Source of the DNA: Octopus vulgaris
Lineage: Eukaryota
DNA length: 64,000 bases
Assembly: GCA_951406725.2 (NCBI GenBank)
Contig: OX597823.1
Span: 50,778,001-50,842,000 of the forward strand
Direction of reading: 5' to 3'
Below the pieces are notes generated by a model, which was not told the DNA's origin, ran no database searches, and saw only the letters and a program-made list of their open reading frames with translations. This document shows positions 27,079 to 41,997 of this stretch, one piece after another. How positions within the stretch are numbered: position 1 is the stretch's first letter; every line of letters starts with the position of its first letter. The position numbers and the translations under genes were made by a program.

Positions 27079-27139
27079 CTGTGTGTGTCTGTGTGTATGT
27101 GTTTCAGACCTAAGTGAAAAGAAAGTTCGCATGTAGATT

Positions 27140-27560
27140 CCAGTGAAAGAACAAAATTATATTGATGGGACAAAAATGGATCTGACAGTTAACTCATTCC
27201 ACAACTGGCAATATACCAAACATAATGTTTCTACTCATTCTGCTAAATTAGCCAAAAGGTTTCTCGCTGATAATGAAACAGTGATTTCATTTTGCCTTTG
27301 ACAAATAACGATTCGAAATCTGAACCCTATAGAAAAGTTGTGTCAGATTATAGAGTCAAAGCTGAATTCAAGACATTTTAAATGCAAGAAATCTTTACTT
27401 GCAACAGTTCCAAAAGATTGATACAAATTAGAGCCCAGCTTATTGGAAAAACCGTTCTGGAGTGGCAATGATTAAAAAAATCGATAAAGTACATTAAGAA
27501 AAGCCATGTCTTCAAGTGAAGCATGTTACTGTGTCTGGATGACCCCGAATAGAATTTATG
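27140..27560 (+). mobile_element. Decayed Tc1-like transposase remnant
   Basis: NLNPIEKL matches the SPDLNPIENLW motif, in an otherwise stop-riddled region. Confidence 0.45.
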
Positions 27561-27647
27561 CTTAGGAAAAACAACATAAAGAAAAACACACATTCAGATA
27601 ATTATAGTAAAAATCATTAAATAATTTCAAACACATTCACGCATATA

Positions 27648-27683
<36 letters not shown>

Positions 27684-27735
27684 TGTATGTATGTATGTAT
27701 GTATGTATGTATGTACATAGATACATACAACCATA

Positions 27736-27766
<31 letters not shown>

Positions 27767-28031
27767 GTATTTATGTATGTATGTATGTATATATGTATGT
27801 ACATAGATACATACATACAACCATATACATACATACATACATGAATACACACACATATACATACATACATACATACATACATACATACATACATACATAC
27901 ATACATACGTAAATACATACATACATCGAATAGTCCTAGGTTATTCATTACCATTCTCTGCGGTCAGCCATAATTTGGATTATACTAAAGCACTTGAACA
28001 ATATCTACCTGGATCTATTATCCCTTTCTGT

Positions 28032-28067
<36 letters not shown>

Positions 28068-28464
28068 TTTTATATTTTATCCTTTATATTTTTATTTGTT
28101 TAATTTTATGTTTTACTTGACTGAGGCCATGCTGGGGCACCGCCTTGACGGTTTCTTAATCGAACAAATCGAACCCAGGACATTTTTAAAGCCTGGTAGC
28201 TATCTAATCCTATATTTTTACTGAACCGCTAAGTTACGGAGACATAAACACACCAACACCGCCGGTTGTCGAGCAGTGGTGGTGAAGACAAACAGACACA
28301 AATGCGGACACATAGGTATATACATATACATATATACACCAAATACACTCACGAAGATCTGGTCGGTCCGAGGCTATAGTAGGAGACACATTGTGTTTAT
28401 TAGATAATATATATTTCCCACCAGATGGAGTACTTTTTTGTTGAGCTTACCATCACGGAACATT

Positions 28465-28548
<84 letters not shown>

Positions 28549-29267
28549 CTTTATGGGCCGGTTTCCCGGTTTCCTTGGCGTATAGGTTCCCCACCTGGAC
28601 GGGACGCCGGTCCATCGCAGGTGAGTTGCATGATGCAGGACGAAATAGTGAGAGAAAGTTGTGCCGAAAGAGTCAGCAGAAGTTCGCCACTACCTTCTGC
28701 CGGAGCCGCATGGAGCTTAGGGGTTTCGCTTATAAACACATGCATCGCCCGGTATGAGATTCGAACCCGCAATCACTCGTACGCGAGTCCGCTGCTCTAA
28801 CCATTCAGCTTGGCATTATATTTATTGCCGACTGTAAATACGCCTGCGCGCGGAATTTTGAAAAATTATAACATATAATGACGGGACACGTGTTATCTAG
28901 TCTCTGAATTATAAGTTAGTTATTGAGGCAGATTATTGACGAGAATTGCTAAATTACCTATTAAAGGATGGTAAATAATCTTATTTGCTAAAGAAATTCG
29001 AAACCATGGTATAACCGCTAATAAAAATAACAAGGTAAAAGTTTTTATTTTTCATTTACTTTGAAAATTGCTATCAAATAGTGGTCTTGTCCGTGTTGGC
29101 TGGTATTTCTAGCATGTAAAAATTACCTGTTAAAGGGTAGTTTTCTTTTGTGTTTAAATGTACACTATTTTAAAATATGAATATGTTGTCTATTGACTAT
29201 TTATACATGCTAGGCCACTGGTGGTGATGTTTAAAACGAATATTTGCTATCCTATATATATGTATCT

Positions 29268-29328
<61 letters not shown>

Positions 29329-30451
29329 TACTGGGAGAAGAATAAGAAACGAAACGAAACGGAACGAATCGAATCGAATGGACGCGGAGGCGCTCAGTCA
29401 TACAATAGTGTAATAAATAAAATATATGCATACATACATACCTATATGTACGTACCTACATCTACATGTATATATACATGCATATATAAATATATATACG
29501 TGAGTACAAAAGTGACATAAAGGCTCTGAAGAGATAAAAATGATATGCAGTTTATTTGAATCACAAGTAGAATAAATCAACAGTAGATGCATTAGACTTA
29601 CATATATAAAACCTATAATACTTATAGTACAGCTGCAAGAAATTTGGATGATTAGTTGGGTCGAGATGTTCCTGATATCAGAGTCGTACGTAAATAAGAA
29701 ACTGTTTTGTTTCTCTGTAAAGCACCGACGTTAAAATCTGATTAAAGTTGTAATTATTTGGACGATAAAAGAAGACCGTCTTCTACTAACAAATACATTG
29801 ATATTGAAGCACTTGTTTATATTTGACACTTTCACCTTGTTGTCCTTAAATGCGTCACAGCCGCATACTTTTATGGCTCGCACTTCCTTTTATTTTTCTG
29901 ATTTTGGTAATTTCTAATTTCCTCCTCGTGATATGACGTCTTAAAATGTGTGTAGATGTCTATCGATCCATGTGGTTGCATCAATGTGAGTGAATCGGTA
30001 AAGTGTTAGTGTTCGTGTGGAAGAAGGCTCGCGTTCGTGTACGAGTGTGTTCGTTTATGCGAATATATTTTCGTGTGTAAGTGTATGTGCTGTTTGTGTG
30101 TATCTCTGTCTGTCTGTCTGTTTGTCTGTTACTCTCTTTCTCTTAAAACGATGTATTCTCAACACTGTGTGCATATGTGATTAGGCGTCCTGTGTATGAA
30201 GAGAGATTCCAGTGTAAACAACCATGCAAGTTCAGAAAGAGTGCGCTATTCGAATGCAGCCATGCAGTTAATTGTAAGCCTGTACACGTTGCATACATAC
30301 ATATGTTACATACACACATACATACATACAGGCATACATACATGCATACATACATACATATATTACATACATATATACATATATAGGGACATACATACTC
30401 ACACACTCATATATATACATATATATACATATACGCATAAATATATGTATG

Positions 30452-30492
<41 letters not shown>

Positions 30493-30582
30493 GTATATTT
30501 ATGCGTATATGTATATATATGAATACACACACACACAAATATATGCATATGCACGTACTTATCTATATGCATAATATATTAC

Positions 30583-30621
<39 letters not shown>

Positions 30622-31587
30622 GTTTAATCTGTTTATATACGCATGCATCTGTATCTGTATGCGTTTTTATATATACACACATATACGTATATGTATGTGT
30701 CTGCGTGTGTGTTGCGTGTGTATGCGCGTGCAGTTGCATTCATATTTACTGACACACTTCATCTCTCTTTCTCTCTTGCACTCACACACACACACACACA
30801 CACACTCGCGTGTACACGCGCACACACACACACACAAGCACAAACATATACACCATAGAATATGTTCATTAACGAACTAAGTCATTGTCTATACGTCTAT
30901 GCCTTTACGCATAAAATGGTGTATGTTTATTCATAGGTATATAAGCATATGCGTGTATGTGTACGCAATGTATATCCGTAATGCATGTACATATATCAAT
31001 GAACATGCGCTGTGGATACAGTGTATAAGTTATTAGACTTACACACCGGAAGCCATGTAGGAATAGCTTTAACGCAGTGATTGCATCACAAGCCTGTCAG
31101 TTTCCGTCAGTTTCCGTCAGTTTCCGCCAATTTCCGCCATATTCTTTCAGTGGCATGACACCGGTGATCGGTAGACGTTGTATTAGATTTTAGAATCCAA
31201 TCAATGACAAAAAATTACAAAGTTCTCCTTAATTTTTGCAGATACTTCTAATTCCACTATTCATAATATAAGAACTTATAAGTGGTCGCTCGGGATGCAT
31301 GAAATAGCTGCAATATCCACCGTAAATCACAATCAGAACGCAAGAGTACATTAAAAATAATTGCCCCAAATATACCATACTTGAAAAGAGACAAAATGGA
31401 CTGTTTCGTTTGTGAAATGCCGAAGTGAGACGATCAGTAAGCAACATTTTTTCCCTCTTGTTTTCCAACCCAAATTCGTTTAATAGTTCAGATTTTGAAT
31501 ATATATATATATTTACGGGGACGTAAACACATCACCATCAGTTGCCAAGTGATGGTTGGTGACAAACACAGACAAAAACACACAAAT

Positions 31588-31972
31588 AGTGGCTGTGTGA
31601 TAAGTAGCTTTCATACCGACCGCATTGTTCCGGGTTTAGTCCCACTGTAAGGTACCTTGGGCAAGTGTCTTCTACTATAACCGCGGGCCAACCAAAGCCT
31701 TGTGAGTGGATTTGGTAGACGGAAACTGAAAGAAGCCCGTCGTATATATGTATGTGTGTGTGTATGTTTGTGTGTCTGTGTTTGTCACCCCAACATCGCT
31801 TGACAACCGATGCTGGTGTGTTTACGTCCCTGTAACTTAGCGGTTCTGCAAAAGAGACGAATGGAATAAGTACTAGGCTTACAAAGAATAAATCCTTCGG
31901 TGGATGTGCTCGACTAAAGGCGATGTTCCAGCATGGCCGCAGTCAAATGACTGAAACAAGTAAAAGAATAAA
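31588..31972 (+). mobile_element. SINE family A, nearly complete copy
   Basis: Complete head, body, central (TG)n and tail AAATGACTGAAACAAGTAAAAGA. Confidence 0.88.
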
Positions 31973-31984
31973 AAATGATAGAAT

Positions 31985-32050
<66 letters not shown>

Positions 32051-32053
<3 letters not shown>

Positions 32054-32217
32054 GACGGGTTTCTTTCAGGTTCCGTCTACCAAACTCACTTACAGGGCTT
32101 TGGTAAGCCCGTGGCAATAGTATAAGACACTTTACCCAAGGTGCCACGTTATGGCACCGAACCCGGAACCATGTGGTTGGGAAGCAAGCTTCTTACCATG
32201 CAGCCACATCTGTGCCT
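32051..32217 (-). mobile_element. SINE family A, 5' half
   Basis: Reverse complement of the head and body. Confidence 0.8.
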
Positions 32218-32230
32218 ATAAAAATGAACC

Positions 32231-32268
32231 ATCCTGGCAGGGAATCGAACCCCGGTCTCCCGCGTGAT
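32231..32268 (-). pseudogene. tRNA-Asp 3'-half fragment
   Basis: Minus strand TCACGCGGGAGACCGGGGTTCGATTCCC matches the anticodon-3'/variable/T-arm region of metazoan tRNA-Asp(GTC). The 5' half is missing. Confidence 0.7.
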
Positions 32269-33403
32269 AAATTAAAAACATATAATAAATGTACAAGCAA
32301 ACGGAAAACTGACACATAAGTTTACCAGCTCCTCATCAGTTATCGTCGGCCTGATGGTGAAACTCAATTTCGCGCCTTACGATAATATTGATTCCCTTCT
32401 GGTGACGGCAGTAACATGAAGTAGCTGCCGGGAAACGGGACCAAAGCATAAGAAATGGATAAACATGCAATAAAGAAGTGGGCATACGAACATGAATAAA
32501 TATGATTCAAGACGAAACCATTAGCGGATGGACGAGTGACAAAGACGAAATAAATAAACAGAATACAGCTTTAGGGTCAGATGAAGACAAAAGTATGGAT
32601 AGTACTGAGAGGAAAATCCTAAAGGATTAGAAATACACACACACACACCGCACACACATATACGTATATGTGTGTGTATGTATGTGTGTGAGTGTGTGTA
32701 TGTGCGTGTGTGTGTCTTTGTGTCTGTGTTTGTTACAACAACCACTTGACAACTAGTGCTGGTGTGTTTTACGTCCCAGTAACTTAGCGATTCGGCAAAA
32801 AAGAGACCAATAGAATAAGTATCAAATCTAAAAAAAAATAAGTACTTGGGCAATGCATTCGACTAAAAATTTTCCAATGCGATGCTACAGCATGGCCGCA
32901 GTGAAAGGTAAATGACAGAACAAGTAAAAGGTGAAAGATAAAAAACATATTGCATGTGAATTTCATTACAGCTTTTTAACGCAAAAGACCCCCCTGGAAT
33001 ATGGTTTTCATACTCAAACATATATAATTGGCACTCCCTTGATTATGACGATGAATGCTCCAAACATGCAAGTGGTTGAGCACTCTCCGACACTCATTCT
33101 CATAACGTAGTCCTCAAGTTTTCAATGAGTTTCACCGTGACGCAGAATGTGACAAAACCGGACCCTTGGGATACAGATACTACTAATTTTGTTTTCCAAC
33201 TGAACGGACTTGAGCAACGTGAAATAAAGTGTCTTGCTCATGGACACAACGCACTCCTGAGTATCGGAATCACGACTTTACAATCGGTGAGCCGAATACT
33301 CGAATCACTAAGTAACGCACCTCAACACACATACATTTATGCTTAGATACATACATACATGCATACATACATACATACATACATACATACATACATACAT
33401 ACA

Positions 33404-33434
<31 letters not shown>

Positions 33435-33627
33435 CTTGGGGTTGGCTAGATTGGAGCAATCTGAAGTATAATCAGCCAAAATTGCGAAGATAACTGGTAC
33501 TTGACTGAGGAAAGAAAACTTCGAAAGACTCGTCCTTGTTTTCTTTGTATAGTCTATCTGGATGTTTTGTTGTCCCATTTTTATATCACCTACCTGTCCG
33601 GATGTTTTGTGTTCTTGTCCCATTTTG

Positions 33628-33706
<79 letters not shown>

Positions 33707-34227
33707 GAGGCGCATTGGCCTGGTGGTTAGGGCAGCGGACTCGCGGTTTCGATTCCCAGACCGGGCATTGTGAGTGTTTATTGAGCGAAAACACCTTAAA
33801 CCTCCACGAGGCTCCGGCAGGGGGTGGTGGTGAACCATGCTGTACTCTTTCACCAAAACTTACCCTCACACTTTCTTCTTGTTTCTGTTGTACCTGTATT
33901 TCAAAGGTCCAGCCTTGTCACACTCTGTGTTAGTCTGAATCTCCCCGAGAACTATGTTAAGGGTACACGGGTCTGTGGAGTGCTCAGCCACTTGCACGTT
34001 ATATATATATATATATATATATAGTGGATGTCTACTTCCTATACAGAGTCTGACCACCTCTTGTACCTACACCTTAGATCCATTATGGCGTCTGATTTGG
34101 CTTTTTAATCCAGACAACGTATTGAAAATACATCCACACAGATTCCGTAGCCGATTTGGAGCACCAAGAGCTGCAATTATGTTCTGACCTTTGTGGATTT
34201 CAAAATGTTTTTTGACGCCTCCATTAC

Positions 34228-34400
34228 AGCAAACAAAAGACGAAGACAGGCGAAGGAACAACAAGCAGGTGTGTATTAATTTGATGTTCAGGAAGAATGG
34301 AAAAATCTTTGAAGTTTCGAATTTACGTTCTTCGACTGAAAGGATTGAGTGGAAAAAAGTGGAGAGTGAACGAAAAAAAGACAACAAAAAGAAAAAATAG
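34228..34400 (-). mobile_element. Old, degenerate copy of the A6U HHR-bearing repeat
   Basis: Minus strand TCCTTT-CAGTCGA-A-GAAC(GTAA)ATTC-GAAA-CTTC-AAAGA. The flanks resemble 37140-37260. Confidence 0.55.
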
Positions 34401-35050
34401 AGAGAGAAAAATGTATAAGGATTAACGGTTCAACATGGTCAATAAATATCACACGCACACACACACACACACACACAAACAAATAACAACGGATAGGTTG
34501 TGGTTCACCTACTACAGCTGTTTTAGATGTTTTTTTTTATTGATGAAAAAAATTATTACATAATGTGACAAAACCGTTTTTGCAGGTGGATGTAAGTACA
34601 AATTTAACATTTCAAATCATTTTGAAACTCAAGTAAGTGCCATTTCCTGATTCTCTGGCGAGCATTGGTCAGAGAGTGATTAGATTCCTCTGGCATGTAT
34701 TTTTTGAAGGAGAAGCCTTTAGGTGCATGGAGCGGGCCAGAGAAGAGTTGTTATGGTTGGAGAATGAATACGGAATAGTCCCCGTAACTTAGCAGTTCGG
34801 CAAAAGAGATCGATAGAATAAGTATTGGGCTTACAAAGAATAAGTCCTGAGGGTCGATTTCTTAGACTGAAAAGACCTTTAACGCTGATGTTCCAGCATG
34901 GCCGCAGTCAAACGAATGAAATTTATGACGGTGAATTTACCGGATATGACTCGATCGACTCAACGGAAAACAACAGCCTAATCTCACCCCAAGAATTTAA
35001 AAGAATGAAAGCAAAGAATGCATCCTAGTATTAATTAATTATAAAATTAT

Positions 35051-35458
35051 ACTCTTTTACTCTTTTACTTGTTTCAGTCATTTGACTGTGGCCATGCTGG
35101 AGCACCACCTTTAGTCGAGCACATCGACTCTAGGAATTATTCTTTGTAAGCCTAGTACTTATTCTATCGGTCTCTTTTGCCGAACCGCTAAGTTACAGGG
35201 ACGTAAACACACCAGCATCGGTTGTCAAGCGATGTTGGGGTGACAAACACAGACACAAACATACACACACACACACACATATATATATATACATCCGACG
35301 GGCTTCTTTCAGTTTCCGTCTACCAAATCCACTCACAAGGCTTTGGTCGGCCCGAGGCTATATTAAAAGACATTTGCCCAAGGTGCTACGCAGTGGGACT
35401 GAACCCGGAACCATGAAGTTCGTAAGCAAGCTACTTACCACACAGCCACTCCTACGCC
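35051..35458 (-). mobile_element. SINE family A, complete copy
   Basis: Full reverse-complement match to the family, from head GGCGTAGGAGTGGCTGTGTGGTAAG to tail GTAAAAGAGTAAAAGAG. Confidence 0.9.
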
Positions 35459-35702
35459 TATATAATGGGATATTTTAAAACATTGAATAGCTTTGAGGGT
35501 CCAGCAGAATAAAATAAGAATCAAATGTGTCCATAGGTTTAAAGTGATTCAAAAACACCGATTTAAAGCAATCTACAACATACATACATCAAAATTGGGC
35601 CCCGACACCCCTGAGAGTCCCTGGGCAGCTACCCGGAGTGCCCATGTTTTAAGATACCACATTCAGCTACTACATTCCCAGGATTTACCACACGATTGGA
35701 TT

Positions 35703-35955
35703 ACAGGTTCACCGCTAACAATTCATCGCAGGAGTGTTCACCGACATCCATTCATCGCAGGTAAGTTCACCACCATCAATTCATCGCAAGTAAGTTCACC
35801 ATCAATTTATCGCAGCAGAGTTCCCTTATCTCTCTGTAAACTTCTTTGCGGTGAACATTTCCTGCAGTGAACATTGCTTTCAGTGAACTTTCTTTGCGGA
35901 AAATTGATGGCGGTGAACTTCTCCTGCGGTGAATTGATGACGGTGAATTTACCGG
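35703..35955. mobile_element. Foldback/MITE-like element built from inverted arrays of TTCACCGC/TTCATCGC units; partial copy of the right end at ~34925-34990
   Basis: The left half has repeated TTCACC/TTCATCGCAGG and the right half repeated GCGGTGAA. Confidence 0.65.
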
Positions 35956-37085
35956 ATATGACTCGATCGACCCAACGGAAAACAGCAGCCTAATCTCACC
36001 CCAATTTACACACTACCATCTTAAAACAACGACTGTGTGGTTCTGGAGAACAGACATGATAATCATAGTTGGGCTGCCTCCGTCAGAGGTCTGTTCGATT
36101 AGTTAAACAAGAGTTTCAATCCCAGCGTCACATAAAACGCATGCACACACAGAACGCACTTATACACACAGACACACACACGCATATACACACATCCGCA
36201 TAGACGCGCACACGCACACTTTCTCGGCATCTCTTTCTCTCTACTCTTTCTCTTCTCCCTCTCTTCTGTCACACACCAAATTCCCGCTTTCTCTTCATTC
36301 AAATGCCACCGATCTTTTCACTTTATATTTCCTTCTTTTCGTCCTCCTCGCCGCTCTTTTCTTCGTCTTCCTCTTCTTTTTCTTCTTCTACTTCTTCATG
36401 ATGACCCGCTGTTATTGACAACGATGGACTAACTATACTCCTCCACCTCATTCTCCCTTCCTCCCTCCTTCCCTCCTTTACTTCTGATGCAATCTCTTTT
36501 CCATCTTCTTTCATCATGTTTGTTCAACTCTCCGCCGACCAAGACACTGCAGATGTCGCTGCTGTGTTGCAAATGTCCAGTGTAGCACTGCAGCGACACC
36601 AGGCAGACTTTGTAAAGTAATTGTCACCTAAACACTCGCACACGTGCGCACACACACTTCGAGCGCACGCGCACTCACACAAGCATACACGTAGCTACAC
36701 ACACATAACTACTCATATGCATAAATACGTACAATCATATACACAAATTCACACATACACAAACATGAACACATATACGCATATACTTATGTACACGCAG
36801 ATGCAGGCACACACATTAATTCATTTGCTCACACACTAATACTCAAGTGTTGACATAGCCTTATACGCGTACACACACGACGCGGATAACGACCAGGCAA
36901 CCTACCCGCTCATATACACACCTATACGAACACATAAGCTGGTAAGTGTAGGCCATGATTTTTAGCCGCCCGAGGCGCTAACATTCGAATGGTTACTACA
37001 GCCACCGTCAACCAAACATCTCACTACCTCAAATCAAAGTTACATGTGGACACATACACAAGCGTATACAGAGAAATATATGAGC

Positions 37086-37116
<31 letters not shown>

Positions 37117-37119
<3 letters not shown>

Positions 37120-38016
37120 CGGGAAGCTTTATGAAAATAAACAAAAGACGAAGGCAGGTGGAAAACAAACGAACAATTGTATTAGTATGGCGCTCAGGAA
37201 ATATAAATAAAACAAGTCTTTAACGTTTCGAGCCTACGCTCTTCAACAGAAAGATACACAGAGAGAGAAAAACACAGAAAGAAGGAGAGAAAAAAATGCG
37301 TGCAGTAGCTAACGAATCAACATGGCGATCTGATTTCGGCCAGAGGTCAAAGATCAAACATGAGACGCGAGAGCGAAATAAGGGGAGATAATAGGGTTGA
37401 TAAAAGGGTTGAGGGACCAGCTAAAAGTGCGTGGGAGGGGTCTGGATGTGTGTATGTATAGGGTTGGTGTATGTATTAGTATGTATAAGTGTGTGTGTGT
37501 GTGTATGAGAGAGTATTAGTGCGTAAGATTGGTCTGGACGTGCGTATGTATGGGGTTGGTGTATGTATTAGTATGTATTAGTATGTATTAGTACGTATTG
37601 GTATGTATAGGTGTGTGTGTGTGTGTGTGAGAGAGTATAAGTGCGTATGCGGGGTCTGGACGTGTGTATGTATAGGGTTGGTGTAAGTATTAGTATGTAC
37701 TGGTATGTATTAGTACGTATTAGTATGTATTAGTTGGTGTGTGTATTAGTATGGCACATCATATGTGATGTGATGTGTAAAGTCATGTGGTGTAGTGAGG
37801 AGAAGAGGGGGAGGGGGAGAAGAGGGGGGGAGAAGGCGAGGGGAAGAAGAGGGGGAGGAGAAGGGGGAAGAGGAGAGGATGGGGGAGAAGGAAGGGGAGG
37901 AGAGAGATGAAGGAGGAAAGAGGGAGAGGGAGAGAGGGAGTGAGGGAGCAGAGGGAAGGGGAAGAGGGAGGGAGAAAGAGGGAAGAAGGGAAGGGGAGTA
38001 GGGGTGAAAGGATGAA
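37117..38016 (-). mobile_element. Penelope-type 3' region with terminal HHR (37217-37254)
   Basis: Minus strand TCTTT-CTGTTGA-A-GAGC(GTAG)GCTC-GAAA-CGTT-AAAGA. The upstream pyrimidine-rich tract shares CACCA.CCCTATACAT motifs with the Penelope 3' region at ~7015-7085. Confidence 0.7.
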
Positions 38017-38134
38017 TATATATATATATATGTGTATGTATATATATATATATAACTAAATTATATTGAAATGCACCAACATACACACATATCTGCAAAT
38101 GTATATATATATAGACATATGTGTATATATAATT

Positions 38135-38190
<56 letters not shown>

Positions 38191-38194
38191 GCTA

Positions 38195-38225
<31 letters not shown>

Positions 38226-38594
38226 GTCCTTTTCTCTCTGTATATTATATGCATATATATATATATATATATATACATATGTATGTATATATACATATGT
38301 ATATATCTGTATGTATATATATATATGTATATATATGTGTATGTGTATATATATATATGTATGCGTATATATATACACATATACATATGTATGTATATAC
38401 ATATGTATATCTCTCTCTCTCTCTATATATATATAATATATAGATATATGTAAATGTATATGTAAATATATGTATGTATGTATGTATAATATGCATATAA
38501 ACAAGATCACACTCTCCCATGAAAAAGAAAGAGCAGAGAGAGAGAGAGAGAGAGAGAGAGAGCGGAGAAAGGGAGAGAAAGAGAGAGAAGAGGG

Positions 38595-39903
38595 CCGTGG
38601 AAAGCATAAAACAAATTCCAAAGCTTTCTATAAATTCGCAAAGGAAACAGCCACTATACAATATAAAATAGGACCATTGTTCTAAGAGAATGACTCACTG
38701 CCAACAGACCCAGGATGGATAAGTGAGATACTCAGTAAACAATTTAAAAGTGTGTTCGCTTCAACCTTGGATACATACAGCTAAAAAATCCGGCAGTATT
38801 CTTTAACATTGGAGCTTTAAAAAAGGAGGCGCCAGCTATTGATTACATTAACATTGAGGCGACAGATGTTACAGCGGCCATAGATGAAATGAGCTCATGC
38901 TCCACAACTGGTCTTGATGGCTTCCCACCTGTTCTCCTGAAGTCATGTAAGCTGGTCGAAGCGAAACCACTTCCGATGTTTTTTCCAAAGTTTCCTTGCA
39001 AGTGGTATACTTCCTAAAAAGCTGAAAGAAGGCATTATATGTTCTATCCACAAAGGTGGAAGCAGAGCAAAAAGAGCAAAAGCCTAAAACTACTGGCCAA
39101 TCTCTCTGACCTCACATATCAGTAAAGTCATGGAACGAATCATAAGAAAGAAGTTGATAATATTCTTCGAAATAAATGATCTACTGAACAATGCATAGCA
39201 TGGCTTCCGTCCAGGAAGAAGCTGTCTCACACAACTCCTACAGTACTATGACTGGGTTTTGAAACAGCTGCTTGACCATTCAGATGTCAGTGTGATATAC
39301 CTTGACTTTGCAAAGGCATTTGATAAGGTAGATCATGGCATGATATGTCATAAGCTACGAGACCTGGCATTGCTGGTAAACTGGGAAAGTGTCTGCGTGA
39401 CTTCCTTGAAGACAGAAGTCAGGTAGTTGCAGCCAATGGTACCCTTTCTGGGGAAACGCAAAACCAAAGTGGTGTCCACCAGGCAACTATTCTGGACCCA
39501 TTACTGTTCATAATAGCCCTCTTAGACATGCCCCTGGTCACTCGGATAGCTACTGTCACTAGCTATACCGATGATACATAATTATCACAGGCAATAAAGA
39601 ACCAAAATGATGTCGTAAGCTTACAACTGGACCTAAATTCGATCTATAAGTGTGCCGAAATAAACAACATGCAGTTTAATGCTGGAACATTTCAAGTACT
39701 GTACTATCAACTCACGAATGTACTACAGTCTGCATATTCAGGACCCAAAGGCACTACAATCCCAGAGTCACCGGCAGTGAAAGACTTGGGTTTGAGTATG
39801 TGTAATGACGCATCATTTCATATGCACATTGCCAACATGGCAGCAAAGTGCAGACAACCGGCAGGGTGGATACTGAGGTCCTTCAAGACAAGAGACCAAG
39901 AAA
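38595..39903 (+). mobile_element. CR1-group LINE reverse transcriptase remnant
   Basis: NSKAFYKF, NYWPISLTSHISKVMERII, HGFRPGRSCLTQLL, VIYLDFAKAFDKVDH, SGVHQATILDPLLFII, YTDDT, NNMQFNA. Contains stops and frameshifts, and is truncated by a SINE at 39904. Confidence 0.93.
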
Positions 39904-40215
39904 CTGGAGCACCGCCTTTAGTCGAACAAATCGACCCATTTTCTGAACCACTAAGTTTTGGGGACATAAACACACCAACATCAGTTGTCAAGCGATGGAG
40001 GGGTGAAAACACAGCAACACAAATATATATATATATATATATATATACATATGTACGACGGGCTTCTTTCAGTTTCCATCTACCAAATCCACTCACAAGG
40101 CTCTGGTCGGCCCACAGCTATAGTAGAAGACACTTGCCCAAGGTGTCACTCAGTGGGACTGAACCCGTAACCATATGGTTGGGAAGCAAACTTCTTATTA
40201 CACATATACGCCTGT
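39904..40215 (-). mobile_element. SINE family A copy
   Basis: Reverse-complement family match. Confidence 0.8.
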
Positions 40216-40340
40216 ACCTATATCATAATAGATAATTATTTCTTTTTACTGATGAAAAAAGAAAAACGAAAAAAGTAATAATAATAACAATAATTTCTAA
40301 AATTTATAATAATAATACCTCGCATTTATTTGAAAATTAT

Positions 40341-40910
40341 AAAGAAACAAATAACAACGAAATGGTTACCAGGTCACAGAAATATTTTAGATACAACAGA
40401 GAAACAGGAGAGCAAATGAACTAGCGAAAAGCGATGAAGTCCATAAAGAAATAGTAGACAGATTACGTTTCAAATCTGTTTCAAGTAAAAACCATTTAGT
40501 AAAAACATAATCAGTGAAGGGTAGAAAAAATATCAGAAAGAATCAATAGATAAACTATCAAAGTTTAATCCTCCATTAACTCAACCAGATTTATCATCGT
40601 ACATAACTTATCAGTTACTGAACAATAGAAATAAACAAAGATTTTCTTGACTACGCATCGGCAATATTCCTCTTAATTATATTCTATCACGAACAGGTCG
40701 TATGGAATCAATTTTATGTTCTTGTGGAGACTATTCAGAAAAGTTTATGGCATTCTATGTTTCAATGTAAAAATTATCAGATTGAAAGATAAAATATTAA
40801 AGTAACTTTACAAAACATTATCAATGTTAAAGACACAACTCATTCTCAAGGGTCTACCAACCATTAACAAGATCTTTCGATTCAGAGAAGCAAGCAAAAG
40901 ATTAAACATT
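40341..40910 (+). mobile_element. Decayed I-group LINE 3' remnant (RNase H C-terminus and Cys motif)
   Basis: KWLPGHRNI...ANELAK (RNase H WxPGH..GNE.AD.LAK) and LRIGNIPLNYILSRTG...CSCG. Confidence 0.62.
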
Positions 40911-41307
40911 AAGAATATAGAAGCTTTTTTTTTTCTCATTTTATTCAGCTTTATTAGTAATATATTAGATATCCTTTTTTAATTTCCGAAAGAATCCTGG
41001 CTTTATATGAATATATATATATATATATATATATTGTGTGTGTGTGCGTGTGTGATGTCCTTTATCTCTTAATTTAGATTTAATTTTGACCGGTGCTTGC
41101 TTCGTAGCAATGTTGTGAAGGGAAGTATCTTTTGTTTTACATCCTTTAAATCTTAGGGTCTGTCTGTATGTCTGTCTGTCTACCCCCTCTCTCTGTAAAT
41201 ACATATACATTCATATATAGACAAACACACACACATTATACATACACATATGTACTCATACACACACGTATATATATATATATACATACGTACATACACA
41301 CACACAC

Positions 41308-41360
<53 letters not shown>

Positions 41361-41455
41361 AATATCTATACACATCTATAAATATATATATACACACACG
41401 TACATACATATATATATATACACGTACATATATATAGATATATAAATATGCATAT

Positions 41456-41490
<35 letters not shown>

Positions 41491-41538
41491 CATATATACA
41501 TATATATATATGCATATCGTATATATATACATATGCAT

Positions 41539-41579
<41 letters not shown>

Positions 41580-41592
41580 TTATATATATAGA

Positions 41593-41733
41593 TTATTTAC
41601 ATTATTTACATTTGACGGATATTTGTCCTCATCTTGTTTGTTGTTAACACGTTTCGGCTGATATACCCTCCAGCCTTCATCAGGTGTCTTGGGGAAATTT
41701 CGAACCTGATTCTCATTCCTAAGGTATTTTTGA

Positions 41734-41789
<56 letters not shown>

Positions 41790-41852
41790 TCACTGCCTGG
41801 AATCGAACTCGGAATCTTGGGGTTAGTAGCCTGCGCTCTTAACCACTACGCC
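41593..41852 (-). mobile_element. tRNA-headed, HHR-containing SINE-like unit (left copy)
   Basis: Minus strand: GGCGTAGTGGTTAAGAGCGC...GAGTTCGATTCC (A/B boxes), then (TAA)n, then ACAC-CTGATGA-A-GGCTG..CAGCC-GAAAC-GTGT. The GTT cleavage triplet is deleted in this copy. Confidence 0.75.
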
Positions 41853-41863
41853 CACGGGCTTAT

Positions 41864-41925
41864 GGCATAGTAGTCAAGAGCGCGGCTTCTGACCCCAAGA
41901 TTCAAAGTTCGATTCCATGCAGTGA

Positions 41926-41997
<72 letters not shown>

